NCBI RefSeq assembly: GCF_006345805.1
Contig: NW_021833652.1
Span: forward strand, 1 to 57,821
DNA: 57,821 nucleotides
Reading direction: 5' to 3'
Source of the DNA: Octopus sinensis
Lineage: Eukaryota
A program made the position numbers and the translations under genes. The notes under the pieces were generated by a model that was given only the letters and a program-made list of their open reading frames with translations, searched no databases and had not been told where the DNA came from. Positions within the stretch are counted from its first letter, which is position 1, and every line of letters begins with the position of its first letter. This document shows positions 34,437-46,900 of the stretch, piece by piece.

Positions 34437-34677
34437 TATTTATGCATGTGCAAGTGTGTGTGTACATACATGTGTATGTTTCTGTGCGTGTACATTTATA
34501 TACATATATTAAATAAGTAAATATTTATTCATACATACATGCATACATATGCATATACACATCTACATCTCATATATATACAAACGATTTAGTGTAATGT
34601 TTTGCGTACTAACTACAAACATTTTCAGAAAACAGAAAGCCCTAGTGATAGTATATAAAGGTTAGAAATATATATGA

Positions 34678-34720
34678 CTAGCAGAGATACCCGGCGTTGC
34701 CTGTGTTACATGCAATTGAA
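34678..34720 (-). mobile_element. Helitron 3' terminus
   Basis: A|CTAG followed by an imperfect hairpin cccggcgttgcctg; full extent unknown. Confidence 0.55.
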
Positions 34721-35989
34721 GAATTAGACTTTTCTGTTATATTTTCTGTAATAAACTGGAATATCTATGTTTCGAATTTCATCAAAATTGCAGTTAAGGG
34801 TTATTCCCCTCTTTACACACCCTAAAAAAATTGTAATCTTGCCACATGTATCCCATACTACTGATTTTATGCACATATTCCAAAATTCCAGTCTTATTGA
34901 ACCTGTTAAAAGGATTTTGCTCCTGAAATCTGAAGGTCATGGAGCTCTAAAATGTGTGAGTTAAGGCCATTGTGGGGGGTAGACGTCAAGCAGAGAAGTT
35001 GAATTGTTGAGAATCTTTTTAACTTGGGTCTTATATCTATTGTTTGAATTTCTTTGAAATAGGAAATATATGTTCACTGGGTTTGTAAAAGAGAGCAAAG
35101 CTACAGGAAACCAAAAGACGAATGATCACAATAAGCAGTCAGCTACCCTAGTCAGGTGACAGGCACAGCTGTAAGATGCATTAAGAATCTATAGTAATTG
35201 GAAGGGCATGACTCAACTGAAATAAACATTAACAACTGTGTGACGTGAGGGCTAAGGAGAAATTAAAGTGTCACCTCTGGAGTTTGCAAATGACCACTAT
35301 ACTGATATGTAACTGGACAGAATAAATTTACAATCTATAAATGTCTTTGAATAACCAGCCACTCATCTGGGAAGGCCTTGAAATCAATGTTACCATCTGT
35401 GGACTATGTGTGACCCAGTGATAATAAAAAGACTGAAAGGAGGTCCGCAATCAAATAACTTTACTGAACACTTTGCAACTGAATCAGTGGAGGCAAAGAT
35501 GCCTCTCATTTACTTGACAATTTATGCACCACATTCTAGAAATCACAATGTAAGTGTATGTCAAAGCAAACTGTTACACTGTTGTACCATTCAATTAGAA
35601 ATAATGCTCATCTTTTATGCTCGGGTAACCCTACAGCTTACAAGAGTACAACTGTATTCGTTTTTGCTTAGAAAAAATGACAAAATTGTGGGTGTTAAGT
35701 CCCCATGCAGAGGTCTTTCTAACTTGTAAGAAGATGAAATTTTATAAATATTACTTCATTTGTGTCTAATATCTATGGTTAAAATTTCATCAATGGCAAA
35801 AATATATGAATTGTCATTGGAGTTATGGCCCTTATGCATAGAATATAATTTCCAAATTTCATAAAGATCCATTCAGTACATTTGACCTAGTTTTGGATGA
35901 TAAAAGAAATGACTAAAATTTGGGAGTTAAGGCCCCCATTTGTGTATGTATATATATATATATATATATATAGATAGATAGATAGATAT

Positions 35990-36290
35990 AGATATATACA
36001 GACACACACATATACAAAGATAAATTGATAGATACAAGTGAGTGGCCAAAGAAAAATATGAGACACACCCTAGTGCTTTTTTTTATGTTGATAAGCCTGG
36101 TACTTATTCTATTAGTTTGTTCTTGTGAAACCAGTAAATAAATGAACAGCAGTTGTGAAGCAGTGATGAGGGCGAAACACAGAAACACACATACACTTAC
36201 ATATATACATACATATATATACAATTGATTTGTTTCAGTTTCTGTCTTATGAAATCCATATATATATATATACATATGTGTGTGTGGGTT

Positions 36291-36336
<46 letters not shown>

Positions 36337-36740
36337 CACACACAAACACATACACAAAGATAAATTGATAGATACAACTGAGTGGGCAAACCGAAATATG
36401 AGACACAGCCTAGTGCTTTTTTCATGTTGATAAGCCCAATACTCATTCTATCAGTTTCTTCTTGTGAAACCAGTAAGTTATGGGGATGTAAATAAACAAA
36501 CATCAGTTGTGAAGCAGTGATGAGGGCGAAACACAAAGACACGCACATAGACTTACATATATACATACATATATATACAATTGATTTCTTTCAGTTCCTA
36601 TCTACAAAATCCACTGGCAAAGCTTTGGTTGGTCTGAGGCTATAGCAGAAGATGTATGCCAAGTTACAACACAGTGGGATGGAACTGAGGACCATGTGTT
36701 TTGGAACCAAGTTTGTTAGCACACAGCCACACCTGCACCT
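35990..36740 (-). mobile_element. tRNA-derived SINE with tandemly duplicated 3' part
   Basis: Head at about 36590..36740; 3' segments at about 36000..36240 and 36340..36590. Confidence 0.75.
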
Positions 36741-36971
36741 ATGTATGTGTGTGTGTGTGTGGATGTGTATGTGTGTATGGGTATATATATGTATGCATGT
36801 ATATATGTGTATATGTATGTGTACATATCACATGTACATCTATATATATATACATCTACACATACATGTATATATATACATCTATATCTATAGAAATACA
36901 TCTATACATATACATGTATACATATACAGCTATACATATGCATCTATATATATACATCTATATATATACAT

Positions 36972-37018
<47 letters not shown>

Positions 37019-37043
37019 CATATATATATACGTGTATATATAT

Positions 37044-37247
37044 GTGACTGCATGTGTACCGTTGGCGATTTTTTTTCCTCTGTCTTCCCTTCTTTTGATT
37101 TTTCCTTTTCCTATGTTTCTGACGAAGAGCTCCGCTCGAAATGTTAAACCCTCCTTCTTTCCTGAGCGTCCAATAATACTATACTTGTTCCACGTCCTCG
37201 CGTTGTTGTGTTTTCTCTTTGTCTTTTCATGTTTGGATTAACTTTTT
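37044..37247 (+). mobile_element. Short hammerhead-bearing element, family E, in a TA tract
   Basis: Non-TA block inside the microsatellite containing the 37115 motif. Confidence 0.7.
37115..37149 (+). ncRNA. Candidate minimal type I hammerhead, canonical core
   Basis: GUUU-CUGACGA-A-GAGC(ucc)GCUC-GAAA-UG-UU-AAAC. Confidence 0.7.
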
Positions 37248-37298
37248 ATGTATATATATGAAAGAAGGTTTGAAAAACCAATCTTAAAAGATGTTTAT

Positions 37299-37344
37299 TT
37301 ACCTTACTGGTTTCACTTTTCTAGAAAAAGATTGTCAAAAGTAA
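37299..37344 (-). ncRNA. Candidate minimal type I hammerhead, U3:A8 variant (family G)
   Basis: UUACUU-UUGACAA-U-CUUUU(ucuag)AAAAG-U-GAAA-C-CA-G-UA-AGGUAA, followed by AAUAAA. Confidence 0.62.
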
Positions 37345-37355
37345 CATGTAAAAGC

Positions 37356-37730
37356 TTGGTTATGTTAGTTACTGGTTGTCACAAAATACTACAATACATA
37401 TATACATTCTTTGAATACAAGAACATGTTAAGAACAGTTTACAAGGGAAAATCTTGGGAAAATATAAAAATGTTTAACAAGTTCATCAAAATATTGGGCA
37501 CAAAGGCTTGGTTGTGCCAGGTACCGGTTGTCACAAAATATTACAATATACATATACATTCCTTGATAATAAGGACATGTTAAAAACAGCTAACAAGGGA
37601 AAATATAAAATAGTTTAACAAGTTCATTAAAATATTGGGCACAAAAGATTACAACATATATATACATTCTCAAGAAAATGTTAAAGATAGTTTCCAGAAG
37701 GAATTATTAAAAAGTTCAGTGGAATATTGG
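37356..37730. repeat. Tandem repeat, about 2.5 x 140-150 bp
   Basis: ggttgtcacaaaata at 37374 and 37526; atattgggcacaaa at about 37491 and 37632. Confidence 0.8.
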
Positions 37731-37985
37731 TATTGTATATGTATATATATACACACACAGAATATTATAAGTTCAAAAAAGTTTACATTTTAGTAGTGGT
37801 AGCTTAAACCTACCTGGTTCACCATGTTATCGTCTTTTACAATAACATAATCAAGACTATTGAAAAGGTTGCAAGACACAACGAAAATTTTAGAAAATAA
37901 AAATAAGAAATAAGTGGAAATTTTACCAGTGAGTGTGTTAAATAATATGGCACTAAAAGAGAATGACTCTCCCCAGACACAACAG

Positions 37986-38023
<38 letters not shown>

Positions 38024-38339
38024 TGTAAATTAAAATTAAAAATAATAAGGGTGAAAAATTGAATATTAATTTGTTTAATATGAATTTAAAACCAGTGGTG
38101 TAGCATATAAGACCATAGCGGATCTTCTTCTAGCATAATGGATGGATGTCCAGTTACAGTTCATCCCTGTTATGTAATAGTTTCACTTTATTAGTTTCAG
38201 TATTAAAGTGAAAGCATGTCACATTACAATAGAGAGATGTTTTTGTTTCACTTTTGACATGTAATACTGAAATAGTGGAGAAGATATAATATTGCTGTGG
38301 GCTCACACTAGGCAAAAAGTTAAAAATTTTGTTTGCCCA

Positions 38340-38490
38340 TGACACTACATGGACCCTAAGTAAGGCATGTATAAAATTTGAATGAAATTGGTTGTGTAGT
38401 TCTCAAGTTTTAGGGATTTACACAGACAGGCAAGGCAAGACAGACAGAGAGACAGACAGACACACATTCTCAGTTGTATATATATATAGA
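38340..38490 (-). mobile_element. Non-autonomous Helitron 5' part
   Basis: Minus strand starts A|TCTATATATATATACAACTGAGAATGTGTGTCTGTCT, resembling the 8944 start. Confidence 0.65.
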
Positions 38491-38874
38491 TAGATTATAA
38501 AGTATAGATATGAAAATAAAATTTGCAAAACATAAATCTAAAATTATTGGGTAGTTGGGAAAAAAAATTACGCATTAAGTGTAATATATATATTGTGGCA
38601 AAAGAATTTGTGTATAACAAAGTTTAATGGTCTGAAAAAGAAGCAGTGGGGAAAAATACTGTCCACTATTAAATGTCAACATAAAACAAAAAGAAAACCC
38701 CAAACCAGTTATATAAAAGGAATTAGGCTGTTTTAATGGACCAATAATGTTTAATGAAGGTATCTATATGGAATTGATTGGCAGCACAAAAGGTACCTAG
38801 ATGCTTGCTTTCAGAAATTGAGTTCCATTTTATGGTTCAATGTAGATTTGTCTTGGAATAGTATAAAGTATTTT

Positions 38875-40260
38875 TCACTCAAGCACAAAGGACATCTTGT
38901 AGAATTTCAGTATGATCTATGCCTGCAAGGGCTTTCTCCAAAATAGACCAACATAACTTAAATGGGGTAGATTTAGTTTCTTTTAATTGCCATATATGCT
39001 TAGCCAGGCTTGTTGGTGACATGTTCTCAGGATATTTGAAGGAATTTGTGTGTAAACTCTCATTTTGAAGCTGTTTCTGTGGCACCAGTATATGTTTCAT
39101 ACAAGTGGGGTGCTGAAAATTTCCTGGCTTTAAGGGTATCACAAAAATCCTAGTTGGAGGCCCAACCTTCTGAGTTCTTTTACATGGCTTAGAAAAACTG
39201 ATGGACCACTGCAATAAGTATGTGAATCTGAGAGGGGAATATGTTAAATAAAATCATAATTAACTGATCCTCCTGTATTTTCTTTTACCCAAAGCATGGA
39301 ACTTTTCAGCACCCCCTCGTATGTGGAGGTGTTGTCAATCTGTACCTTAGATCTATTAAGCAATTACTCTTTAAAGGACAGCTTCCAGGGCTTTTGGTTT
39401 GTTCACAATTCTGTTAGATTTATTAAGAATGGTCATAGTGTGCTAGCTGAGAAAAGAGGTGAAGATTTTGCATCAAGAATTGCTAATAAGATTAGCATTC
39501 TTCTGTTGAAGATTCTGTGATATTTATGGTCACTCAGAAAATGTCTAGATACTCAATTGGAAAGTTCTCTACCTATGTTAGTTCTAATGTTTATACTTAA
39601 TGTTGGAATATACCACAAAACCTTTCTAGTTCTAGTTCTATGAGATGTTATGGGGATCTTCTCTGAGAATCCACTATTGCCTAGTGCATTATTGTAATTT
39701 CAGGAGGCATTGTCAAAGGCTGCCTCATCCAATGATAATGAAGCAATACACCTATATTGCTAACCATAATTTGGGGAATACAGGCTTGTAATATGGCTTA
39801 AAAGTGTTAAATCTCAAATCTAGATTGATGTCTAAAAAATTAAGACTTCTAAGTTTTGTGTCAACTGTAATTTTTAAGCCCATCTATTGGAAAAATGCAG
39901 TTAGATTCTTCTGGATGCCATCAAGTTCATACTCATTCAAGATGCAGGTGGTTATATGGCTGTCTTCCCTGCATAAACTGCATCTAAATTAGGAAATTCT
40001 ATATGCAAATGGTGCAAAATATAGACACCTATAAGTATATATAATTCTGCTCTGTCATACATGCCCATTAGCACATTGAACTAAGCATCCCCAAGTGGAG
40101 TTGTCAAAAAATAATGAGCATTTCCTGGTGTGCAGGATGAATTTGATGTCAGAGTTGCTGATAGGTACATATTCCTTTGAAAAATCTAGCACCTTGAGCA
40201 TTAGATGCCTTATTATAGATGGGTAAAAGTCCACAATATCAAACTGGGGGAATTTACAGT
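38875..40260 (-). mobile_element. Penelope-like element #2 (decayed RT + GIY-YIG), same type as #1
   Basis: Minus strand QFDIVDFYPSI, FNVLMGMYDRAE, LNFLDINLDL, HTNSFKY..SLAKHIWQLKE..WSILEKA. Confidence 0.85.
39102..39319. mobile_element. Mariner-derived MITE with TA TSD inside PLE #2
   Basis: TA|caagtggggtgctgaaaatttcc...ggaacttttcagcaccccctcg|TA. Confidence 0.85.
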
Positions 40261-40462
40261 TATGGTTATCATTAATGTTCTTAAACTGGTTTATAACAGA
40301 TGTGATCCCATAAAGAGAATAAGTGAGTTACTAATCCTACAGAGAATTGAATCTAAAATATTCTTTCTGTTTATTTCTATTTCTGTTTTAGCTGGGTTAA
40401 TTACCCTACATTTGGGGTTTCTGCTAAAATTGGCTTTGTGGTCTTTAAGGGTAATAAGATGA

Positions 40463-40800
40463 TTGGCTATGTGATTAAGAAGTTTGCTTTCTAATTATAT
40501 GGTTTTGGGTTCAGCTCCACTGCATGGCACCTTGGACTGGTAAGTGTCTTAATGTATCTTGGGGCCAACCAAAGTCTTGTGAGTGGATTTGGTAAACTGG
40601 AACTGAAAAAATCCTATCATATATATTAATGTGTGGGTGGGTGTATGTTTGTGCTTCCTTGTCTTTACATCATTTGATGATTGTAAACAAGTGTTGCCAT
40701 CATATTAGTGGTGTCATTTGTTTACAACTTTCACAAAAGATTCACAATAGAACTGAACCTGAAACCACTTGATTTGGAAGTGAACTTCTCCACCACATAG
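40463..40800 (+). mobile_element. Diverged tRNA-derived SINE
   Basis: Similar to the head and body of 41305..41681. Confidence 0.7.
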
Positions 40801-40984
40801 TTCTGTATGTGTGTTTGTGTGTGTGTAGATAGCTACTCACACACAAACACATACCTATATATGTATACATACATAGATGTATATGGAACTCATTCATAAT
40901 GTGAAAGTGACATCGACATCTAACATTATACAGACCAAAGGAAACTGTAGATTTGCAGCTTATATGAAGCACCCTGAGTCTATC

Positions 40985-41280
40985 CTGTCTGAACTTCAAC
41001 AAAGCAAACAGGAAATGAATACAGAAAGAGATTCTCAAACAGAATTAACCTAAATGTCTCTCCTTATCAACATGAAGCCCAATTCATGCCAGTAATGCAA
41101 GACGCGCATGAAATTTGTCCTAGAGAGAAAAGCCAACCTTGCACAAGAAAAAAAATTCCCAGGGATAGAAAAACAAAGCTTGCAAACAACCTAAATAAAC
41201 AATGAATATTTCATTTAAAAAGGACACTACTAGAGATTGAGAAAGATATGCAATGCACCATTGTAAAAGAAATGAAAGAA
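40985..41280 (+). mobile_element. Old CR1 fragment
   Basis: Aligns by eye to about 4820..5130. Confidence 0.7.
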
Positions 41281-41304
41281 AAAGAAACCAGGGTTATAGA
41301 AAAT

Positions 41305-41681
41305 ATATAAACAGGAGTGGCTGTGTGATAAGAAGCTTACTTCCCAACCACATTGTTCTGGGTTCTGTCCCACTGCATGGCACCTTGGACAAGTGTCTTC
41401 TACTATAGCCTCGGGGCTACCAAAGCCTTGTGAGTGGATTTGGTAGAGGGAAACTGAAAGAAGCCCGTCGTAAATATGTATGTGTGTGTATATGTTTGTC
41501 CCCCCACCATCACTTGACAACTGATGCTGGTGTGTTTATGTCCCGTCAGTTAATGGTCTGGCAAAAAGAGACCGATAGAATAAGTACTAGGCTTAAAAAG
41601 AGTAAGTCCTGGGGTCAGTTTATTTGACTAAAAGTGGCACCTCCAGCATGGCCACAGTCAAATGACTGAAACAAGTAAAAG
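41305..41681 (+). mobile_element. Near full-length tRNA-derived SINE with CR1-like 3' tail
   Basis: Head ggagtggctgtgtgataag..ggttctgtccc; tail ccagcatggccacagtcaaatgactgaaacaagtaaaaga. Confidence 0.85.
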
Positions 41682-41939
41682 ATTTAAGATTTTATTAGAT
41701 TTGCTAAAGAAGCAACCTTAGTGTATTGCCCGGTTGGGCCACTCTTCCAAGAAAATGACTCCATAACTATGATGCCCCAAAAGGAGGCTAAGTAAAATAC
41801 TGAATAAGCAAAGTGTTCTCACTTCCCTTCTGGGTCACATGCAAGTAAACAAACCAGATAACTGTGTAAGTAAAAGAATGCATTGGAATGTTAGCTGAGA
41901 GTGTAGATTCAAAGTCACAGAAAAGTAATATGAACATGA

Positions 41940-42330
41940 GCCAGAGGTTGTCATAGAGAATAAGGATGTTATGGGACTTCCCTATAAAGACTGATTATAT
42001 AAGTGGAGCAAGAAGACCAGATATGATTGCAGAGGACAAAAGAAACAAACAGTGTAAGCTCTTACACTGTACAATACTATACGATAATACAGTAGATACC
42101 ATAGAAATTGAAAAAATTCAAGAAATATCAGAAAGTTGAGGAGGTCATGGAAACTAAGATGACAATTGTTCCTGTGGTCATTGGTACAACAGCCAAACTG
42201 CTACCTAAGAAGCTGAAATATATTGTGAGACTTACATTGTCATCCTGCCTAAAAGTACAATCCTATATTCTGCAAAAATCCTAAGAAACAATCTTGAAAT
42301 TTGAAGTGACTTGTCATCAAACTTCCTCAA
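41940..42330 (+). mobile_element. 3' fragment of a restriction-like-endonuclease LINE (R4/Dong-like)
   Basis: RRPDMIAEDKRNK..., then EIEK..KY, IVPVVIG, across frameshifts. Confidence 0.65.
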
Positions 42331-42409
42331 CATCCTTGCTAATTAATAAAGTACTTAATCATTATAAGAAGAAGAAGAAAATTATGATGATGATGATAAC
42401 AACAATAAT

Positions 42410-42730
42410 AATGATTTCAAATTTTGATGGGAGGGGATTAATTCAATTACATCGACCCCAGTGTGTAACTGATACTTATTTAATCAAGCCTGAAAGAATG
42501 AATAATAATAATAACAATGATTTCTACTAAAGACACAAGGCCTGAAATTTGGGAGGAAAGGGACTAGTCAATAACATTGACCCCAGTGTTTCACAGGTAC
42601 TTAATTTATTGATCCCAAAAGGATGAAAGGCAAAGTTGACCTTGGCGGAATTTGAACTATGAATATAGTGACAAGTGAAATACCACTATGCATTTCATCC
42701 AGTGTGCTAACAATTCTGACAGCTTGCCAC
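42410..42730 (-). mobile_element. tRNA-derived SINE (second family), with duplicated 3' part
   Basis: Matches 55805..56035. Confidence 0.8.
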
Positions 42731-43394
42731 CTTAATAATAATAATAATAATAATAATAATGATGATGATCTTAACTAATTGAAAGTGTTAACATGATCTT
42801 AACTGACTGGAAATGTTAACCTGATCTTAACTGATTGGATGTGTTAACTTTTACATGTTTTATCTTGGTGTAAAGATGAGCTACAGCAAATATTCTGCCC
42901 AATATCACAGATTTGATTGTTGGTTGTTTGACCTTAACCAGTTGAGCATGTCCCTTAGTGGCTGACAGTATGTGCAGCTCTGATTACAAGAAGGAGTAGT
43001 GGGGGAGCATCACAGCCATGTGTTGAGAGGAATTCTTTGGTGTTTGAATTATTCACCTCTGGAAACATGGATGTTTCATTCAAACAACTCTCAACTCCTA
43101 TTCAAGGACCTTTTGAGCAGGATTGGCTACTCAACCTGAAGAAAATCCTAACTGGGCCCAATCTGAAAGGTCAAGCACTGTTAATCTTGATATGAGATTG
43201 CCATGCCACACACATATGGTTGTGTTGCATGTGCAGGGTTTACCCTTATCAGGTAGGTAGTCATGATGGGTATATTGGGCTTTGTATATTTGTACTCCAG
43301 TTTCCTTTGATAGCACATGCTGTTCTTTCAATAATAGTGATGATGATGATAATAATGATAATAATAATAATGATAATAATAATAATAATAATAG

Positions 43395-43610
43395 TTTCTG
43401 ATTTCTGTACAAGGCCAGTAAAGTTTCAGAGGAATGGTTAGTCAGTATCATCAATCCCAGCACTTGACTGGTACTTTATTTTATTGAATCTGAAAAGATG
43501 AAAGGTAAAGTTGATCCCTCCTAGATTTGAACTCCTCTATGTAAAGAACTACAATAACTACGAGAATAAATTCTGTAAACTATTCTTTCCAGTGCTCTAA
43601 CAATTCTATC
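43395..43610 (-). mobile_element. Diverged copy of the second SINE family
   Basis: gatgaaaggtaaagttga..atttgaact. Confidence 0.65.
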
Positions 43611-43772
43611 TAGTAATAACTTCTGCCAAGATAAACACCAGACTTGGAATACAACATTACATGCATATTACCTATTTTCACTTATTTCAGTACTTTTACC
43701 TCAAAATAAATTGTCATACATTAGGTAAAAAATTGTTTACCTAATGTGTTAAATTATTGTCATAAATATGTA

Positions 43773-44996
43773 CAGGATGTGGATGGCATTTGTTTTCAAT
43801 TATCAACTACTAATTTTATGTATATTTCTGGTTTTAAAAGTGAAACATTTTTGCTTAATTTTTTGCAATATGGAAAATTTTGAACCCTCAATTTGTTGAA
43901 GAGGCATGGAGTCCTCCTTGGAATCTGTGCAAGAAGGACAAACAAGGAGATTTAAGATTTCCTCAATGTCAACAGAAGGATGGTGTAAAAGGTCATAAAG
44001 GAGCTGAAAGAGTCAGGATTTGACTACAAAATGACAGCAGAGAGGAAAATCCATGATTAATGACCTGATGCTATCAGAATACCAAAATTTGTTGCTGATA
44101 TCCAGATCATCAACAATAGTCCCAAGTCAATGCATGCCATTGTACAGGAGAAAGGTGTAGATGAAAAGCTCATCAGGCTAGTATTGCATGAAGACATTCA
44201 CTACATTTCATGCAAGATGAAGAAGGGATAATTTCTATCCAAGGCAATGCAGGAAAAGCGACTCAAAGGCACCAAGAAGCTGATAAAGAAATTGAAGCAT
44301 CTGCTGGAATCAGATATGCTGTGATTCTTCTCTGAAGAAGAATTTTTGCCAAGACCAGATCAACTCCCAGGGACAACAGGTGGCTTGCTGACCTACCCAA
44401 GTATGTGCTCAGAGTCATGCAGACAAAATTTCCAGTGACATTCATGGTCTTTGGTGTCATCAGCAGTGAAGGTAATGCCATACCACTCCACTTCTTCCCT
44501 GAGGTTCTCAGGCTGAATACTGATGGCTACATCAATGTTCTGAACAAGGTGGTGAAATCCTGGATTGACTGGGTAGCTACAGGGAGGCTGTACATTTGGT
44601 AGCAAGACTCTGTGCTTTGCTACATCAGCTGGAAGGCCTAGGCCTGGTTGGAGGAGAATTTCTTTAATCATACAGCACCTGGCATTTGGCCTCCCAACTT
44701 GACTAATTGCAACCCCCTTGACTTCTTTGTGTGGGGCATGGTGGAACAAGAGACCAATAAATCCAGCTGCAACATGAAGGATGAGCTGAGGGCCAGGATT
44801 ACCAGGGCCTTCAGGAGCCTAAAACAGGAGATAGTGACAAAGGCCTGTAACTGGTTCTGAGATCACCTGGAGGCTGTCAAGACAAAAGACAGGTCCATTG
44901 AGTAAGATCTATAGAACATGTCATGACCCAAATTTGATGAATATATCTAAAAAAATAAAAACTGTTATCATGCAAAAATATACTGTTTGCACCCTG
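43773..44996 (+). mobile_element. Tc1/mariner-superfamily (maT/DD37D-like) transposon, pseudogenised
   Basis: TKFPVTFMVFGVISSEG..HFFP, QDS, WPPNLTNCNPLDFFVWG; TA|CAGG..CCCTG|TA termini. Confidence 0.85.
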
Positions 44997-46254
44997 TATG
45001 TGCATATCAGCATATATGGCAAAATTCCATGTATCTAGTTTCAGTTAATGGCCCATTGTTGTAATCTCACATTGCCTTTTTCACCATTTCAGCAGACTCT
45101 ACTTTGTTGGATTTAGCAGCAAAATTTTCCTTAATTCATATTTGGCCATCTTAAAAAAGAACAATGCATTGGACACTATGGTCCTAAACATAAGGATGCT
45201 TGGTCAGGGCTGATCTGGGACTAAAAAAGAACAAACATGTTCTTTCAATTTTGCTGGCACTACCTGTCCTTACAAAATGTCTCTGCATAATTCCTTATAT
45301 TTGTATTTCTTCAGACAGACTGATCATACCTGAAAAGCTGATCAAGTAATTTCTTAATTATCTAACATTTTTCCATACATTTACTAAAACAGAGCTAGAC
45401 AGAGTTAAATAATAATACCAAAACTTCTATTGATAGTACCTGTTGCAGATGCTGCTGTTAATTGCTATCAAGCTGTTGCAGTTGCTGGTACTTATTATAA
45501 CTAGTCAGTGATACCTTATTTTCATCATCTCTAGTTACATTATTTAGGTCAAATACATCGCTTTCCAGTAGTGTGCTTGGAATCATAAAGGGTAAAGAGT
45601 GTTAACTTCTTTGTCTTCAAATATTGTTACAAAATGTTTAAATGGATTTACCTGTATGTAAAAGAAATGGCTATTAAAGCACACATATGAACATACATAT
45701 ATATACACTCACAAGTGCACAGATGCTTTCGTATACAGCTGCTGCTATATTGCTTCTACAAGTTGCATGTTTTCTGCATTGCTTCAATTCCCAGCTGCAA
45801 CTATAACATTATTCACATGGTTGCAATTGTAGCCATATTGTTCCAGTAAGGCTTCCTTACCTCCAACACTTTCAAAAGGATGTAAAAAAATATGTCTAAA
45901 GAACAATTATTTGATGAACATCAAAGCTTCTCTTTTATCACTATTTTTATTCATCCTCTCAGTTTTTCTTTTAATGTTTATTGTTATGTTACGATCTTCT
46001 CATCTTCTTTCTCCCTTCTTCCTCTTTCACATATTTCTCTTTCTCCCCTCTTACTCCCCCCTCTCTCTGCAACTGTAACCAAATAGAATATTCTGTCTAT
46101 TTCTTTTTTTAATTGTCATTTGATGAATGCAGTAACTGTCTTCTTATTTTCAGCAAATATATGTTGCTTAATCTAAGGCCAGCCTTTGTCTAGGGGCCCT
46201 ATGATCAAAGGTGTTTCTGGCAGAACTACCATGTCTTTTTATATATCAGGTATA

Positions 46255-46900
46255 TGGTGGTGAAGCATGACCTTCAAACGTGCCTCACAAAGGCAATGAC
46301 AAGAAATTGAGACCCTTAGAAATATACTGTGATTGAGAAGACCTGGCAAGTAAAATGAGATTGCAGCCATGGGCTGATGCCAGTATCGCATGATCAGCCC
46401 ATTTAAAAGTACCCTTGAAGTGTTGGGCGATATGATATGCTTAAGAAGACCTGTTGAGTCAAGTAAAATTGAAATCAAAATCGAAATTGTAGCCATGGCT
46501 AGTGCCGGCTGACTGGCTTCGATGCTGGTGGCACATAAAAGGCATGTGGTCGATGCCAGTGCCCGCTGACTGGTTCCTGTGCCGGTGGCATGTAAAAATG
46601 CACCATCCAAAGTAGTTGATGCCAGTGCCCCCTGACTGACTCCCGTGCTGGTGGTACATAAAATGTACCATCCAAATGTGGTCGATGCTACTCTCCCCTG
46701 ACTGGCTCCCATGCTAGTGGCATGCAAAAAAACACCCACTACACTCTCGGAGTGGATGGCATTAGGAAAGGCATCCAGCTGTAAAAACATTGCCAGATCA
46801 GATTGGAGCCTGGTGCAGCCCACTGGCTTGCCAGACCTCAGTCAAACTGTTTAACCCATACCAGCATGGAAAGTGGACATTAAACGATGATGATGATGAT
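46255..46900 (+). mobile_element. RTE 3' end with about 62-bp UTR repeats
   Basis: VVKHDLQ.. remnant, UTR block and (GAT)n tail. Confidence 0.85.
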
